IMG/VR virus record: IMGVR_UViG_3300013000_000010
Location: 23,160-87,159 of that record
Source: a virus
DNA: 64,000 nt
Direction: 5' to 3' (one strand)
Part shown: positions 25,743-34,606 of the stretch, piece after piece
How the letters are laid out: each line of letters starts with the position of its first letter
Position numbering within the stretch: the stretch's first letter is position 1
Notes under the pieces: model-generated
What the model was told of the DNA's origin: nothing
Seen by the model: the letters and a program-made list of their open reading frames with translations, nothing else
Databases searched by the model: none
Made by a program: the position numbers and the translations under genes

Positions 25743-25953
25743 TTCAGTTTAGCGGCTGAATGTGAAGACGAAAAAAAATCGCCTGTTAGCGCAGACGATT
25801 TTCAAACAACATTGTGTGGTTTTGCGGACCACACCGGCGTTGTGCCGTACAGCTTCTGTAGCAGGAAGTTGCTTTTAAACCACTGACACAGGCATTGCAC
25901 CTGCTGTCTCGTGGAGGACATCATCTCTTAATTCCCAGTAGCAAGGAATTAAG
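25743..25953 (+). repeat. Six tandem hairpins with a shared loop motif
   Basis: Loops TTAGCG, TTAGCG, TTTGCG, GTAGCA, CATTGCA, CAGTAGCAA on unrelated stems. Confidence 0.7.
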
Positions 25954-25989
25954 GCATGCCCATGTCCCAAATATCAAGGACTCAAAAGC

Positions 25990-26880
25990 GTGTCTATAGT
26001 AGCTAAAAGCGCCGATCCCGGCAACACTTTTCCCGCATTTCGCTCAAATAACGAGCACAGTTCTGTCCGAATTACAGGCTTTGATCTCACCCATATTATC
26101 GAACTTTCCCCCCTCCCGAAGTCAGTTACCCGTGTCTTAAAATTCGCCTGCAATCTGGCCGGTTCCACGTCCGATTTCATTATCATCAAATCGCTCAGGA
26201 ATCTGGCCGAAGAAGCCGGTTGCAGTATCTCTACAGTTCAGCGTGCTTATCGTGCTGCAGTCAAGCTGGGGATCCTCAACTATGAAGAGCAGCGTGACGA
26301 GAAAAATCACAGCGTCAGCAAGCCCAGTAAATACACGTTTACCAATAAAGCGCTGTCCTTTGTCCGGGCCAGCCTGGAAGCCCTGAAAGAGGCAAATCTG
26401 AAGCCGTCAGGACGCCAGACCATAGTCCGGAGAGTTATCGCTAAGGCATTCTTTAAAAACGATTTTATCCACAGCACCCCTAGTCAGAATGAACAGGCTC
26501 CCCCTGGTCAATCTGACCAACAAGAATTAAGAGATCCCTCCAGTAAAAGAGAAATACAAAATGGGAAGCCATTAAATTCTGTGGTTGAAAAATCGTCAGA
26601 TCCTCAACCGGCCGCGGTGAAAAAATTCGGGCTCTACCAGAACACGCAAAAGCAGCTGGCGGCTGCATCGTCAGCAGCGCAGAACGAACGTAGCGCTGAA
26701 GAGTTTCAGCGAAAAGGCGGTGTACTGCATGAAGCCTATCAGGCGCTGAAGTCTACCTTCAGGGCAAAGCCTGCTGGTGGCATTAAGCCGAAAGGCCGCC
26801 GCTACTCTGACCCATTGAGCGGCAGCTTTTCGGCGGGTGTGGATTACTCTGTCATACCTGAAGGCTTTCGAGGCTGTTAA
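25990..26880 (+). CDS. repL: Lytic replication initiator RepL
   Basis: HTH LAEEAGCSISTVQRAYRAAVKLGIL; TPSQNEQAPPGQ; C-terminal IPEGFRG as in P1 RepL (IPAGFRG). Confidence 0.85.
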   Translation: MSIVAKSADPGNTFPAFRSNNEHSSVRITGFDLTHIIELSPLPKSVTRVLKFACNLAGSTSDFIIIKSLRNLAEEAGCSISTVQRAYRAAVKLGILNYEEQRDEKNHSVSKPSKYTFTNKALSFVRASLEALKEANLKPSGRQTIVRRVIAKAFFKNDFIHSTPSQNEQAPPGQSDQQELRDPSSKREIQNGKPLNSVVEKSSDPQPAAVKKFGLYQNTQKQLAAASSAAQNERSAEEFQRKGGVLHEAYQALKSTFRAKPAGGIKPKGRRYSDPLSGSFSAGVDYSVIPEGFRGC

Positions 26881-27374
26881 TCGGTAACAGTGCCACCAGC
26901 GTTCACATAGGCCGTCAGCAGCGCTTCAATCTTGTGCGTTTTCTGACCATAAGGTGAGCCAGTAAGCGAGGCCCAGATATCATTGGTTTTACTGATCGCC
27001 GTGCGGATCCGCCCTGCCAGCACGTCGGCATAAGCACCCTGCTCTTTCAGCAGCTGATCGAGTAACCGCTCCTGTGAGGCAGGACTAAAATCAGGCAGGC
27101 CCAACTGCTTTTTATAGGCAGGCCAGTAGCGATAAAGCTGCTGATAGCGGCCCGCAGCGGTTGATGCCAGGCCATTGTGATTAATCTGTTTCGCATTGCG
27201 ATGTGCAAACGGGTGATCACCGAAGTCGGTGAAGATCTCGCCCTGCATTTCGCCCAGCCCGGTCACGATGACGTCGTAGCCACGCATACGGGTTAACGGG
27301 TGAGTACTGGTTCCTTCAGAAAAGGCCAGCATGTCGCCAAAGGCTTTACGGTTGCTTGTAAATTGAATTTCCAT
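26877..27374 (-). CDS. Endolysin, lambda R-type lytic transglycosylase
   Basis: AFSEGT, YDVIV, STAAGRYQ, LPDFSPASQ motifs; no N-terminal SAR helix. Confidence 0.9.
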   Translation of the reverse strand: MEIQFTSNRKAFGDMLAFSEGTSTHPLTRMRGYDVIVTGLGEMQGEIFTDFGDHPFAHRNAKQINHNGLASTAAGRYQQLYRYWPAYKKQLGLPDFSPASQERLLDQLLKEQGAYADVLAGRIRTAISKTNDIWASLTGSPYGQKTHKIEALLTAYVNAGGTVTD

Positions 27375-27409
27375 AGGTATCGCTCACTACTAAAAATTGG
27401 AGCAGAAAC

Positions 27410-27428
27410 TGTATGGAGTTTGTGATTT
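27410..27428 (-). promoter_or_regulatory. Late-promoter motif upstream of the endolysin
   Basis: AAATCACAAACTCCATACA. Confidence 0.65.
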
Positions 27429-27486
27429 AATCAGTGATCATTTTTTTAATCTTACTTTTCCTGCTAATTTGATTTAAGGATGACTA

Positions 27487-28500
27487 ATGAAAGACAAGAT
27501 TGATCAAGCTATAAAGTCCGGTGATTTATTTTTTTTAGGCAATAAGTTACCGGAGGATTTTTATAGTGCAGTCTTAGAATGGAAGCATTTAGCCGAAGAG
27601 ACTCAAGATCCAAAATCATTTTATAACCTAGCCTACTGCTACAGATATGGTGAAGGTATAGAGCGCGACATTAACGAATCAGTTAGACTATACCGAGCTG
27701 CACTTGATGGTGGAATAGAAAAGGCCGCAGGGAAACTTTATGATTGCTATGGGACAGACCCTCTAAATAACATTATAAATCTCTTTGATCCTGAATCAAG
27801 CATTGAATACGCTGAAAAATATAAGCAAAGTGCTGTCCTTTTTTATGGCACACTAAATAAGCTGATTGATAAAGGCTATACACAATACAAATCTAAATTA
27901 AAGTCTGCTAAAAGCATAATTGATATACTTGAATTACATATTAGTTTCTTAAAAGGGACGTCTGAGTTTAAAATTTGTGCTGAAGATCTTAACAAGCAAG
28001 GCTATACGTGGGTTCCAGAACTCGTAAAGTTGATGGGATGCGAAGTTTTACACGTGTGGACGTATACAGAAGCACAAAAAACCCATTCATATATAAAAGA
28101 TGGGAATACAACTTATGCAAATGGTAGAAAATATCACACTTTAAAAACTGCCAGCTACATCGTTAATAAAACCGACCACAAGTGCCACATTTACACGCCA
28201 AATCAGGTTGAAATCCTACCTGGGCAGAGCTTTTTGTTTTCAGAAGATAATAGCAATCAAGAAGCTTCAATAAAAAGAGACTTCAGCTCTTCACGCAAAA
28301 CAATGCAAATTCCTTTTATTGATTTAAGCGAAATTAATAAAGATCTAGGTATAAAAACGGCAATAAATGTGATCGCACCTGCCTTACCTGTTAAGTATGA
28401 AGTGAAAGAAAAAAGCCTTGCAATGAGGCCAGGTAATATAATCAGTTTTTTAGGTGCAGTTGCATTTGTTGGCATGTGCATTTACTTTGCAATGCACTAA
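27487..28500 (+). CDS. Sel1-repeat protein with C-terminal TM, AT-rich moron
   Basis: FYNLAYCYRYGEGIERDINESVRLYRAA (Sel1-like repeat); hydrophobic C-terminus; AAGGA RBS. Confidence 0.75.
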   Translation: MKDKIDQAIKSGDLFFLGNKLPEDFYSAVLEWKHLAEETQDPKSFYNLAYCYRYGEGIERDINESVRLYRAALDGGIEKAAGKLYDCYGTDPLNNIINLFDPESSIEYAEKYKQSAVLFYGTLNKLIDKGYTQYKSKLKSAKSIIDILELHISFLKGTSEFKICAEDLNKQGYTWVPELVKLMGCEVLHVWTYTEAQKTHSYIKDGNTTYANGRKYHTLKTASYIVNKTDHKCHIYTPNQVEILPGQSFLFSEDNSNQEASIKRDFSSSRKTMQIPFIDLSEINKDLGIKTAINVIAPALPVKYEVKEKSLAMRPGNIISFLGAVAFVGMCIYFAMH

Positions 28501-28538
28501 AAATAATGGGCCATGAGAATGGCCCATTATCATCATCC

Positions 28539-29912
28539 TTATGAACAACGCATAAATGTTGATTCAAACATGGAAAAATTAATCCCTTTACCTTCGCCAA
28601 ATTCCTTTTCGATCTCTCCTGAAACGGCGGTCAGAACGTCGGTCAGCGTCAGCTTATCGCCGCCGAACATATCCCCTAGCGCCTGCTGCTGGTATAACAG
28701 CTCGTCATTGATCTTCTGCGCCATCTTTTTAAACGCGGCCCCGATACGTTTCGCGCTGCGGTTGTTTGCCACGATAAACAGCGCCAGTGCTTCGGCCTCT
28801 TTGCTGGATTCCTCAAAGAGTCCCTGCTGTGCCAGCACTTCCTGTATGGCCTGCCCGCTATCTTTTGCCTGACGCACCAGCTTGATCGCATCCTGCAGCG
28901 CGACGATTGCCTGCTGTTCAAGCCCATCAACCAACTGCACCCCGTCCACCAACCCGGTTACGGCCTGCCTGTGAACGTCTCCGGAAAGCATCTGCATCTG
29001 CGCAAACTCGCTTGCCGCTGTGTTAAGCGCTGTCAGGATGTTGCGCATCTCCGGATCCGGCTCTTCGGATACCAGCTTAACTAGGCGTTCGTCCTTATAG
29101 GCGCGGGCAAAGATCGCATTCTGCATACGGTCAATAAGCTGCTTCGTCGGGCGCCCGTCTTCGGTCAGCAGGCCTGCCGTCGCCGTGTCGCCAATCTCTT
29201 TCATGAATGCCCGGATAAAGCCGTCATTTGAGCGCGCCAGAAGGTTGCCGTCGTCGGACGGATTGAATATGGCCATCAGACGCTCATCGAGCATTTCGGC
29301 ATCAACAAAGGCCTTCTCACTCGCTGCCATTTCCTGCAAATCGGAGAGGTTGGAGTCTTTCGCAAACTGCGCCCGATCGACGTCAGTAATGCGCTCACGC
29401 ACCAGTACCGGCATGTCCATCTGCGCGATATCCGACGCTTTCAGGCCGTAATCTTTTGCGTGCTCAATCAGATACTGGCGGTACTCATCGGCCTGCCCCT
29501 GCTCATAGGCGCGGGTGATCCCCATCGAGCGCCCGTTACCCGACTCAACCACGTTATCTGCGCCCACGATTGGCGCGCCGTGGCTGCTCATGCCTGAATC
29601 GGTCAGCTTCGCCGGTCGGAGGTTGCCCGCGATTTTGGAGACCTGCACTTTACTGGTAAGGCGCGTGCGGTCGCGTGGCTGCAACTCAGCCGGGAAAAGC
29701 GGGTTTATGGTGCCGTCGAGGTTGTTAGAGATAATCAGGTGGCGCGCATCCACCACTTTAAACGCCGTCTTTACTTCCTGCCCTTTACCGGTCACGACGT
29801 ATGACGATCGCCCCGTTGTGGTCTGCGCTTTACGCAGTGAGCCCACCAGCCCAATCAGGGCAAATATGCTGCCAGCATCGCTCAGCAGATTTCGTAATTT
29901 CTCGTTCAGCAT
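28539..29912 (-). CDS. ddrB: DdrB-like protein (ParB-like domain)
   Basis: ELQPRDR, GAPIV, VESGNGR motifs; downstream of darA. Confidence 0.8.
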   Translation of the reverse strand: MLNEKLRNLLSDAGSIFALIGLVGSLRKAQTTTGRSSYVVTGKGQEVKTAFKVVDARHLIISNNLDGTINPLFPAELQPRDRTRLTSKVQVSKIAGNLRPAKLTDSGMSSHGAPIVGADNVVESGNGRSMGITRAYEQGQADEYRQYLIEHAKDYGLKASDIAQMDMPVLVRERITDVDRAQFAKDSNLSDLQEMAASEKAFVDAEMLDERLMAIFNPSDDGNLLARSNDGFIRAFMKEIGDTATAGLLTEDGRPTKQLIDRMQNAIFARAYKDERLVKLVSEEPDPEMRNILTALNTAASEFAQMQMLSGDVHRQAVTGLVDGVQLVDGLEQQAIVALQDAIKLVRQAKDSGQAIQEVLAQQGLFEESSKEAEALALFIVANNRSAKRIGAAFKKMAQKINDELLYQQQALGDMFGGDKLTLTDVLTAVSGEIEKEFGEGKGINFSMFESTFMRCS

Positions 29913-29927
29913 TTTGATTCCGGGAAT

Positions 29928-29950
29928 AAAAAACCCCGCCGAAACGGGGT
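29928..29950 (-). terminator. Terminator between ddrA and ddrB
   Basis: CCCCGTTTCGGCGGGG-TTTTTT. Confidence 0.6.
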
Positions 29951-29955
29951 GATGA

Positions 29956-30351
29956 TTAAGCAGCGAGGCCGCTGGCGGCTATCCAGCTGGCGGTCTGTTG
30001 TCTGGCGTCGTCGAGCTCCAGATAGACGCCGATGTAGTCACCGACGCGGCGCAGCGTCTCGACAAAATCCAGCTGCGCCTGGCTGGTGAACTTACCGGCC
30101 AGAAAGTCAGTAACCACTTCGGGAACGGGCTGATCTTCCTTCACGGAATCCGGCTGTGGCTCAGTGACCGGCGCGGGTGCCGGTTCGCTGGTGGCAGGTG
30201 CTGGCGCAGCGCCATAACCCAGCTGGAGCATGATCGTCTCCATCTGGTCATTGAGATCCAGCAGGTCCAGCCCCTTCACGGTCGGCGCTTTGATGATCAG
30301 CTCGTCCAGCTGGTCGGCTAAGTCCAGCTTTTGCAGTGCGGTCAGGCTCAT
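29956..30351 (-). CDS. ddrA: DdrA-like protein (short)
   Basis: LTALQKLDLADQLDEL...LQLGYG; between darA and ddrB. Confidence 0.55.
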   Translation of the reverse strand: MSLTALQKLDLADQLDELIIKAPTVKGLDLLDLNDQMETIMLQLGYGAAPAPATSEPAPAPVTEPQPDSVKEDQPVPEVVTDFLAGKFTSQAQLDFVETLRRVGDYIGVYLELDDARQQTASWIAASGLAA

Positions 30352-32540
30352 GCGGCCACCCCATTACGCTGCACGGCCACCAGCAGATCGCTCAGGTGCT
30401 GCACGGCGTCATTGACCAGGGACTCGTTTTCATCGAACACGCCCGCGGCCGTCAGTGCTGCGATGGCTTCCCGGACCTGGCTACGCCCAGCGCGGATCAC
30501 GTCCATATCGTCGGTATCGAGCGCAGTCAGTCCCTGGAGGTAATCAATCGCCTTCTGTGCTTCGGTGTCAGCTTCCGGCACTGGTTCCGGTGCTGGCTGC
30601 GGTTCCGGCTGTGGCTCTCCTGTGCTCAGTTCCTCCACCAGCGGAATACGCTTGCCGGTAATCATCGCGATCTCCACTGCCTTCAGATACTCAGGACTCT
30701 GATTAGCTTCCACGTAGTCCGCTGCCTGCTTGACCTGCTCAATGCCATAACCCAGCGCTTCGGCCCAAGCATTTACCAGGTCAGACGCCCAGCCTACGAG
30801 ATCGCCCAGGCGTTTCGCCGCCATCCACAATGGGTCAGTGCTTTCACGGTCGTCAGTCACGTCTGTCTCTTCCTGCTTTGGCTCACCTGCGGCCAGGGTC
30901 TGCAATCTGGCATTAATGGCCTGGTTGAAGTAGGTCAGATCTTCGCCTTCAGGGTAGGCCACGCCAGTCAGGTTTTTACGGGCAACCATGCGCACCTGTT
31001 TTGCATAGGTGTCCGGGTCTTCTGCGGACATTTCCAGATACTGCGCGGCGTAATCACCCATCTTGTCGGCCACGGTGACGGCCAGCGCATCGAGATCCGC
31101 ATGTGTCGGGATCAGCTTCAGCTCAAAGTCGGCAATCTCTTTGTCGGTCAGCGGACGGTCGTAGGAAATGATGCCGTTGCGGGCAACGCCGCTATACGGC
31201 TGGCCCGCTGCAGGCTGGTCGGTAACGGAGGCATATTCAGGCGGTACCGCGCCGATACCTACTGGCCGGTTCACCAGCGCATAGCGCCAGACTGCTGCAG
31301 TTGTGACAGGTTCCGGTTGTGGCTCTGGCTCTGGCTCTGGCTGTGGTTCAGGCTGTGGTGTTGGTTCAGGTTGCGGCTGAGGTCCGGGCTCTACCGGCGC
31401 TGCCGCACCTGCCGCAACGCGATATGGATCCACCGCACCGGTGCGATAGGCTTTCAGCAGTTTGGTAGCCGCTTTACCCATCTCAGCGCCCTGGCTGGAT
31501 TTGGACGGCATTGCAAACGTGGTCCCGTCCGCTTCGGTGATGATCACCTTGCCTTTAAGCTCTCCGTCTTGGTCATAGCTGTGATATCGGACCGTCGCGC
31601 CGTTGCTCAGCGTCGCCTGTCCGTCCATGTTCAGGCGCGCTTTAACCTGGATAGTGCGATCGCTGAAAGTGTCCGTGATCTCAGGCTCACTGGCTTTCGC
31701 CTGCTGCAGCGCCGTCAGCTGTCCGGTAAGGTCGGCATTAATCTGGCGCTGTGCTGCAACTTTGCCGCGCAGCGTCTGCTCATTATCCTGCTGCATCTGC
31801 ACGCGCGCGGTTTGTGCATCCACCACCTCCAGCAGCGCAGACTGCTGCTCAGCCAGCTTGTCCGTTTCAGCTTGCGTGGTTTCAACTTCGGCGCGCAGCT
31901 TCGTCTGTGCATCCTTCTGCTTTGTGAACTTGCCGCTGTTCTTCTCAATCAGATTAGAAAGCGCCTGCGTAACCTGCTGCAGCGATACATCCCGTCCACC
32001 GATCGGAGCCACAATGTGCGTCACATCGCGCTTGTTGATCAGGAACTGAAACGCCACCAGCGTATCCTGATTGCGGATTTTGCCGTTGTCAGCGGTCGGA
32101 GAGTGGAACACCAGCGACACGCTTTGCCCGTCTGATAATGGGATCAGCGCACTCATAACCGGTATGCTGGCCACACGGCGCACTTTACCAATCACCGCGC
32201 CGCCCACGGTTTTCTGCCCGGTCGTATCAGCGCCAGCATCGTTAGTGCCGGCGCTGATGTTGGTCCCGTTCAGGCCACGGTTTAAGGCCTTCACAAAGGC
32301 GCGCATGGTCTGGGCCAGACGCATGCGCTCGGTGCTGATCGCTTCAAACATCGCACCCTGCACCAGGCTTTCATTTCCCAGGTAGGTGTGATCGATGTCG
32401 TCGATCGTGGCGCTTTCCAGCATCATATCCGCGCTACTGCCAGTCATCAGGCCATCGTAAACCGCCTGCGCCAGGACTGCGCCCGGTGTGCGGCTCTGAA
32501 GGTCCAGCACCATACGGTTGCTTAAAATCTCATTCATCAT
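30348..32540 (-). CDS. darA: DarA, virion anti-restriction protein
   Basis: DarA N-domain LSDGQSVSLVFHSP...NKRDVT; C-domain YALVNRPVGIGAVP; PE/PQ linkers. Confidence 0.9.
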   Translation of the reverse strand: MMNEILSNRMVLDLQSRTPGAVLAQAVYDGLMTGSSADMMLESATIDDIDHTYLGNESLVQGAMFEAISTERMRLAQTMRAFVKALNRGLNGTNISAGTNDAGADTTGQKTVGGAVIGKVRRVASIPVMSALIPLSDGQSVSLVFHSPTADNGKIRNQDTLVAFQFLINKRDVTHIVAPIGGRDVSLQQVTQALSNLIEKNSGKFTKQKDAQTKLRAEVETTQAETDKLAEQQSALLEVVDAQTARVQMQQDNEQTLRGKVAAQRQINADLTGQLTALQQAKASEPEITDTFSDRTIQVKARLNMDGQATLSNGATVRYHSYDQDGELKGKVIITEADGTTFAMPSKSSQGAEMGKAATKLLKAYRTGAVDPYRVAAGAAAPVEPGPQPQPEPTPQPEPQPEPEPEPQPEPVTTAAVWRYALVNRPVGIGAVPPEYASVTDQPAAGQPYSGVARNGIISYDRPLTDKEIADFELKLIPTHADLDALAVTVADKMGDYAAQYLEMSAEDPDTYAKQVRMVARKNLTGVAYPEGEDLTYFNQAINARLQTLAAGEPKQEETDVTDDRESTDPLWMAAKRLGDLVGWASDLVNAWAEALGYGIEQVKQAADYVEANQSPEYLKAVEIAMITGKRIPLVEELSTGEPQPEPQPAPEPVPEADTEAQKAIDYLQGLTALDTDDMDVIRAGRSQVREAIAALTAAGVFDENESLVNDAVQHLSDLLVAVQRNGVAA

Positions 32541-33154
32541 GCTGCCTCTTCCAGTTGGGCGATCTGCTTTTTCAGCTGGCGGGTGATCGCCTGCTCCTGA
32601 TTAAGCTCGGTCTGTAAGCTGTCCGCATTTTTCTGTGCCGTGTCGGCATCCCGCGTCAGCTGGTCAGCCTTCTTCTGAGTTTCCTCGATACCCGCTTTGT
32701 AGGCGTCGCGCTGCTGGCGCACTTCGGCCAGCATCTGCACTGACGATTTCACACCGCGTTTTGGCTGCGGAGAGTCGTCTTTGCTGGCGGCGGCGCGTGC
32801 CATCTTGCGCGCCAGCGCCTTCTGGAATGCCGTCGAGCCTTTTTTAAATAACGCGGCCAGCTGGCGTCCCAGGTCGGAGATCGTAGTAACGTGGGTAAAC
32901 GGCACGTTTTTACCGTTCAGCTTCAGGCCGGAAATGTCGCCGCTGTCGTTGACCTGCACGGTCATAACCTGCTCGTCCATGCCGGTGAGGCCGAAGGTTT
33001 TAGTGAGAACGCCATCCTTTTTCCGGGCTGCGCCGGCGGCGGTGATTTTGGCTACTTCAAAGCCGCTGGTGGCGATCGCCTTTTTCAGCTTTGCAAGCCC
33101 CTTCTCGTTGAGCTCGTCAAAGCTCAGCAGAACGTAGGTCTTAGGATTCGACAC
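32537..33154 (-). CDS. hdf: Hdf (DarA N-domain homologue)
   Basis: 205 aa; upstream of darA; ISGLKLNGKNVPF. Confidence 0.8.
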   Translation of the reverse strand: MSNPKTYVLLSFDELNEKGLAKLKKAIATSGFEVAKITAAGAARKKDGVLTKTFGLTGMDEQVMTVQVNDSGDISGLKLNGKNVPFTHVTTISDLGRQLAALFKKGSTAFQKALARKMARAAASKDDSPQPKRGVKSSVQMLAEVRQQRDAYKAGIEETQKKADQLTRDADTAQKNADSLQTELNQEQAITRQLKKQIAQLEEAA

Positions 33155-33596
33155 GGTATTCCCCCTGCTCTGACTGGCTCAGCTGGTAGGTTCTGGTGAC
33201 GGTATCCTGCAGCGGGAAAATGCGATAAAGCGGGTTCAGGCGGCTGTTACCGTGGGTGACACGCACTGTCAGTGACCACTCGCCTGGTTCCAGATAGCGC
33301 GTATCGATCAGCAAAAACTCTTCGCTTACGCCTTTTGGTGAGAGGTCCAGCGTGCGCTGCTTGCCGGAAATGACCACTGTCGGATCATTACTATCGCGCA
33401 GCCAGTACTCAATTTTGGCTCCTGCAAGTTTACCCACGCAGGCAATGTTGAGGCGGACCGGGAATGCCAGCGCGTTGCCGCGTACGGTGGCCACACCACA
33501 TCCCAGCAGAGACACTTTTTTACGTGCAAAGGCGCAACGATCGACAACCATCGCCGCCGCCATCGCTGTGATAAACAGGTTCTGGTAATCAATCAT
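33141..33596 (-). CDS. lydB: Antiholin LydB
   Basis: YWLRD..PT.VI.G.QR and VTHG.S..NPLYRIFP as in P1 LydB. Confidence 0.85.
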   Translation of the reverse strand: MIDYQNLFITAMAAAMVVDRCAFARKKVSLLGCGVATVRGNALAFPVRLNIACVGKLAGAKIEYWLRDSNDPTVVISGKQRTLDLSPKGVSEEFLLIDTRYLEPGEWSLTVRVTHGNSRLNPLYRIFPLQDTVTRTYQLSQSEQGEYRVES

Positions 33597-33910
33597 GGGC
33601 CGGAGCCTCCTTTTGACCCAAATACGCCATTTATTGCCGCAATGAGTCGTTCTTTAAACACGGTTGAGAGTTCTCGCCAGTTGTTGCTTGCAACTAACAC
33701 GGCGAGGTAAATCACGATTTCGTCCAGTCCCTGCTGGCGGGCAAAGAAATAGGCCGTGAGGCCCGTAATCAGCGCCAGCACAAGCTCGGTGGTAAAGTTG
33801 AATACTGTCGGTCGGATACGGTATTCGCGTACTCCCAGCAGAAAAACGCCTGTGCCACTCAGCAAAGACAGGAGAAGCGAAACCGCGAGCATTTTTTCTA
33901 CATCGGTCAC
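33593..33910 (-). CDS. lydA: Holin LydA
   Basis: Three hydrophobic segments; ASNN motif as in P1 LydA. Confidence 0.85.
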   Translation of the reverse strand: MTDVEKMLAVSLLLSLLSGTGVFLLGVREYRIRPTVFNFTTELVLALITGLTAYFFARQQGLDEIVIYLAVLVASNNWRELSTVFKERLIAAINGVFGSKGGSGP

Positions 33911-33947
33911 ATACCCCCCTTAGCACCTGGTAATCAGGTGGCGAGAG

Positions 33948-33966
33948 GGTACGGAGTCTGTAATTT
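33948..33966 (-). promoter_or_regulatory. Late-promoter motif upstream of lydA
   Basis: AAATTACAGACTCCGTACC. Confidence 0.7.
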
Positions 33967-34013
33967 AGAGAGGTAAAGAAAAACAGCGCACGGGGGCGCT
34001 GTTTTAAGGGGGA

Positions 34014-34604
34014 TCAGAGTGCTGCCGGTGGTGCAGGCCAGGCAGATTCCGGCACGCTGCCAATATCTGTCTCTCTCAGCTGTCGAATATAGGCCATCCA
34101 TTCCACCAGCTGCGCCTTGTCAGTGTCCGGCAGCAAGCCAAGCGCCAGCTCCGCCTGCCAGTCGCTGATATAGGCCCGCGCTTTGATTAATAGTGAACTT
34201 CTGGTGCGCTCCGCCATTTCCTGCCGCTCTGCGGGGGTATGCTCATACGCCCGTACTTTGCCGTTACGGTAAGCCCACCCGCCTAATCTATCCATGCCTT
34301 CTGGAATATCGGAAGCGTCCACTTCTGCCACCCAGCAGTTGATTGGCCACAGCTTTGAAACATCCATGTCAAAGCTGACAATCCGGCCCGCTTCGTCATA
34401 GACAATTTTCATCGTGTCAGGTGAAAACAGTGCTTGAGATTCATACCAGTCCTGACCACTTTTGCACCGAATGAAAATAATATTCATGTCAGTGAGTGAC
34501 TGAATCTTAGCGGCCTGCTCTTTTTCTTCGTCAGTGGAAGATTCATTAATGACCGGCATATCCGGTGTATATTTTTTAAAAGGTCCGAAATTTAACATGT
34601 TCAT
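34014..34604 (-). CDS. Tail fibre assembly chaperone (Tfa/gpU-like)
   Basis: GQDWYESQ, LWPIN, WMAYIRQL...WPAPP motifs. Confidence 0.85.
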   Translation of the reverse strand: MNMLNFGPFKKYTPDMPVINESSTDEEKEQAAKIQSLTDMNIIFIRCKSGQDWYESQALFSPDTMKIVYDEAGRIVSFDMDVSKLWPINCWVAEVDASDIPEGMDRLGGWAYRNGKVRAYEHTPAERQEMAERTRSSLLIKARAYISDWQAELALGLLPDTDKAQLVEWMAYIRQLRETDIGSVPESAWPAPPAAL

Positions 34605-34606
34605 CC

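Noticed and set aside
31310-31390. Tandem 6-bp repeats, as a possible VNTR or array
   Set aside because: They encode the Pro-Glu/Gln linker of DarA
30336-32135. 599-aa plus-strand ORF
   Set aside because: Antisense shadow of darA; no RBS or motif; typical of GC-rich codon bias. The same applies to the long plus-strand ORFs over darB, gp22/gp23 and the methylases
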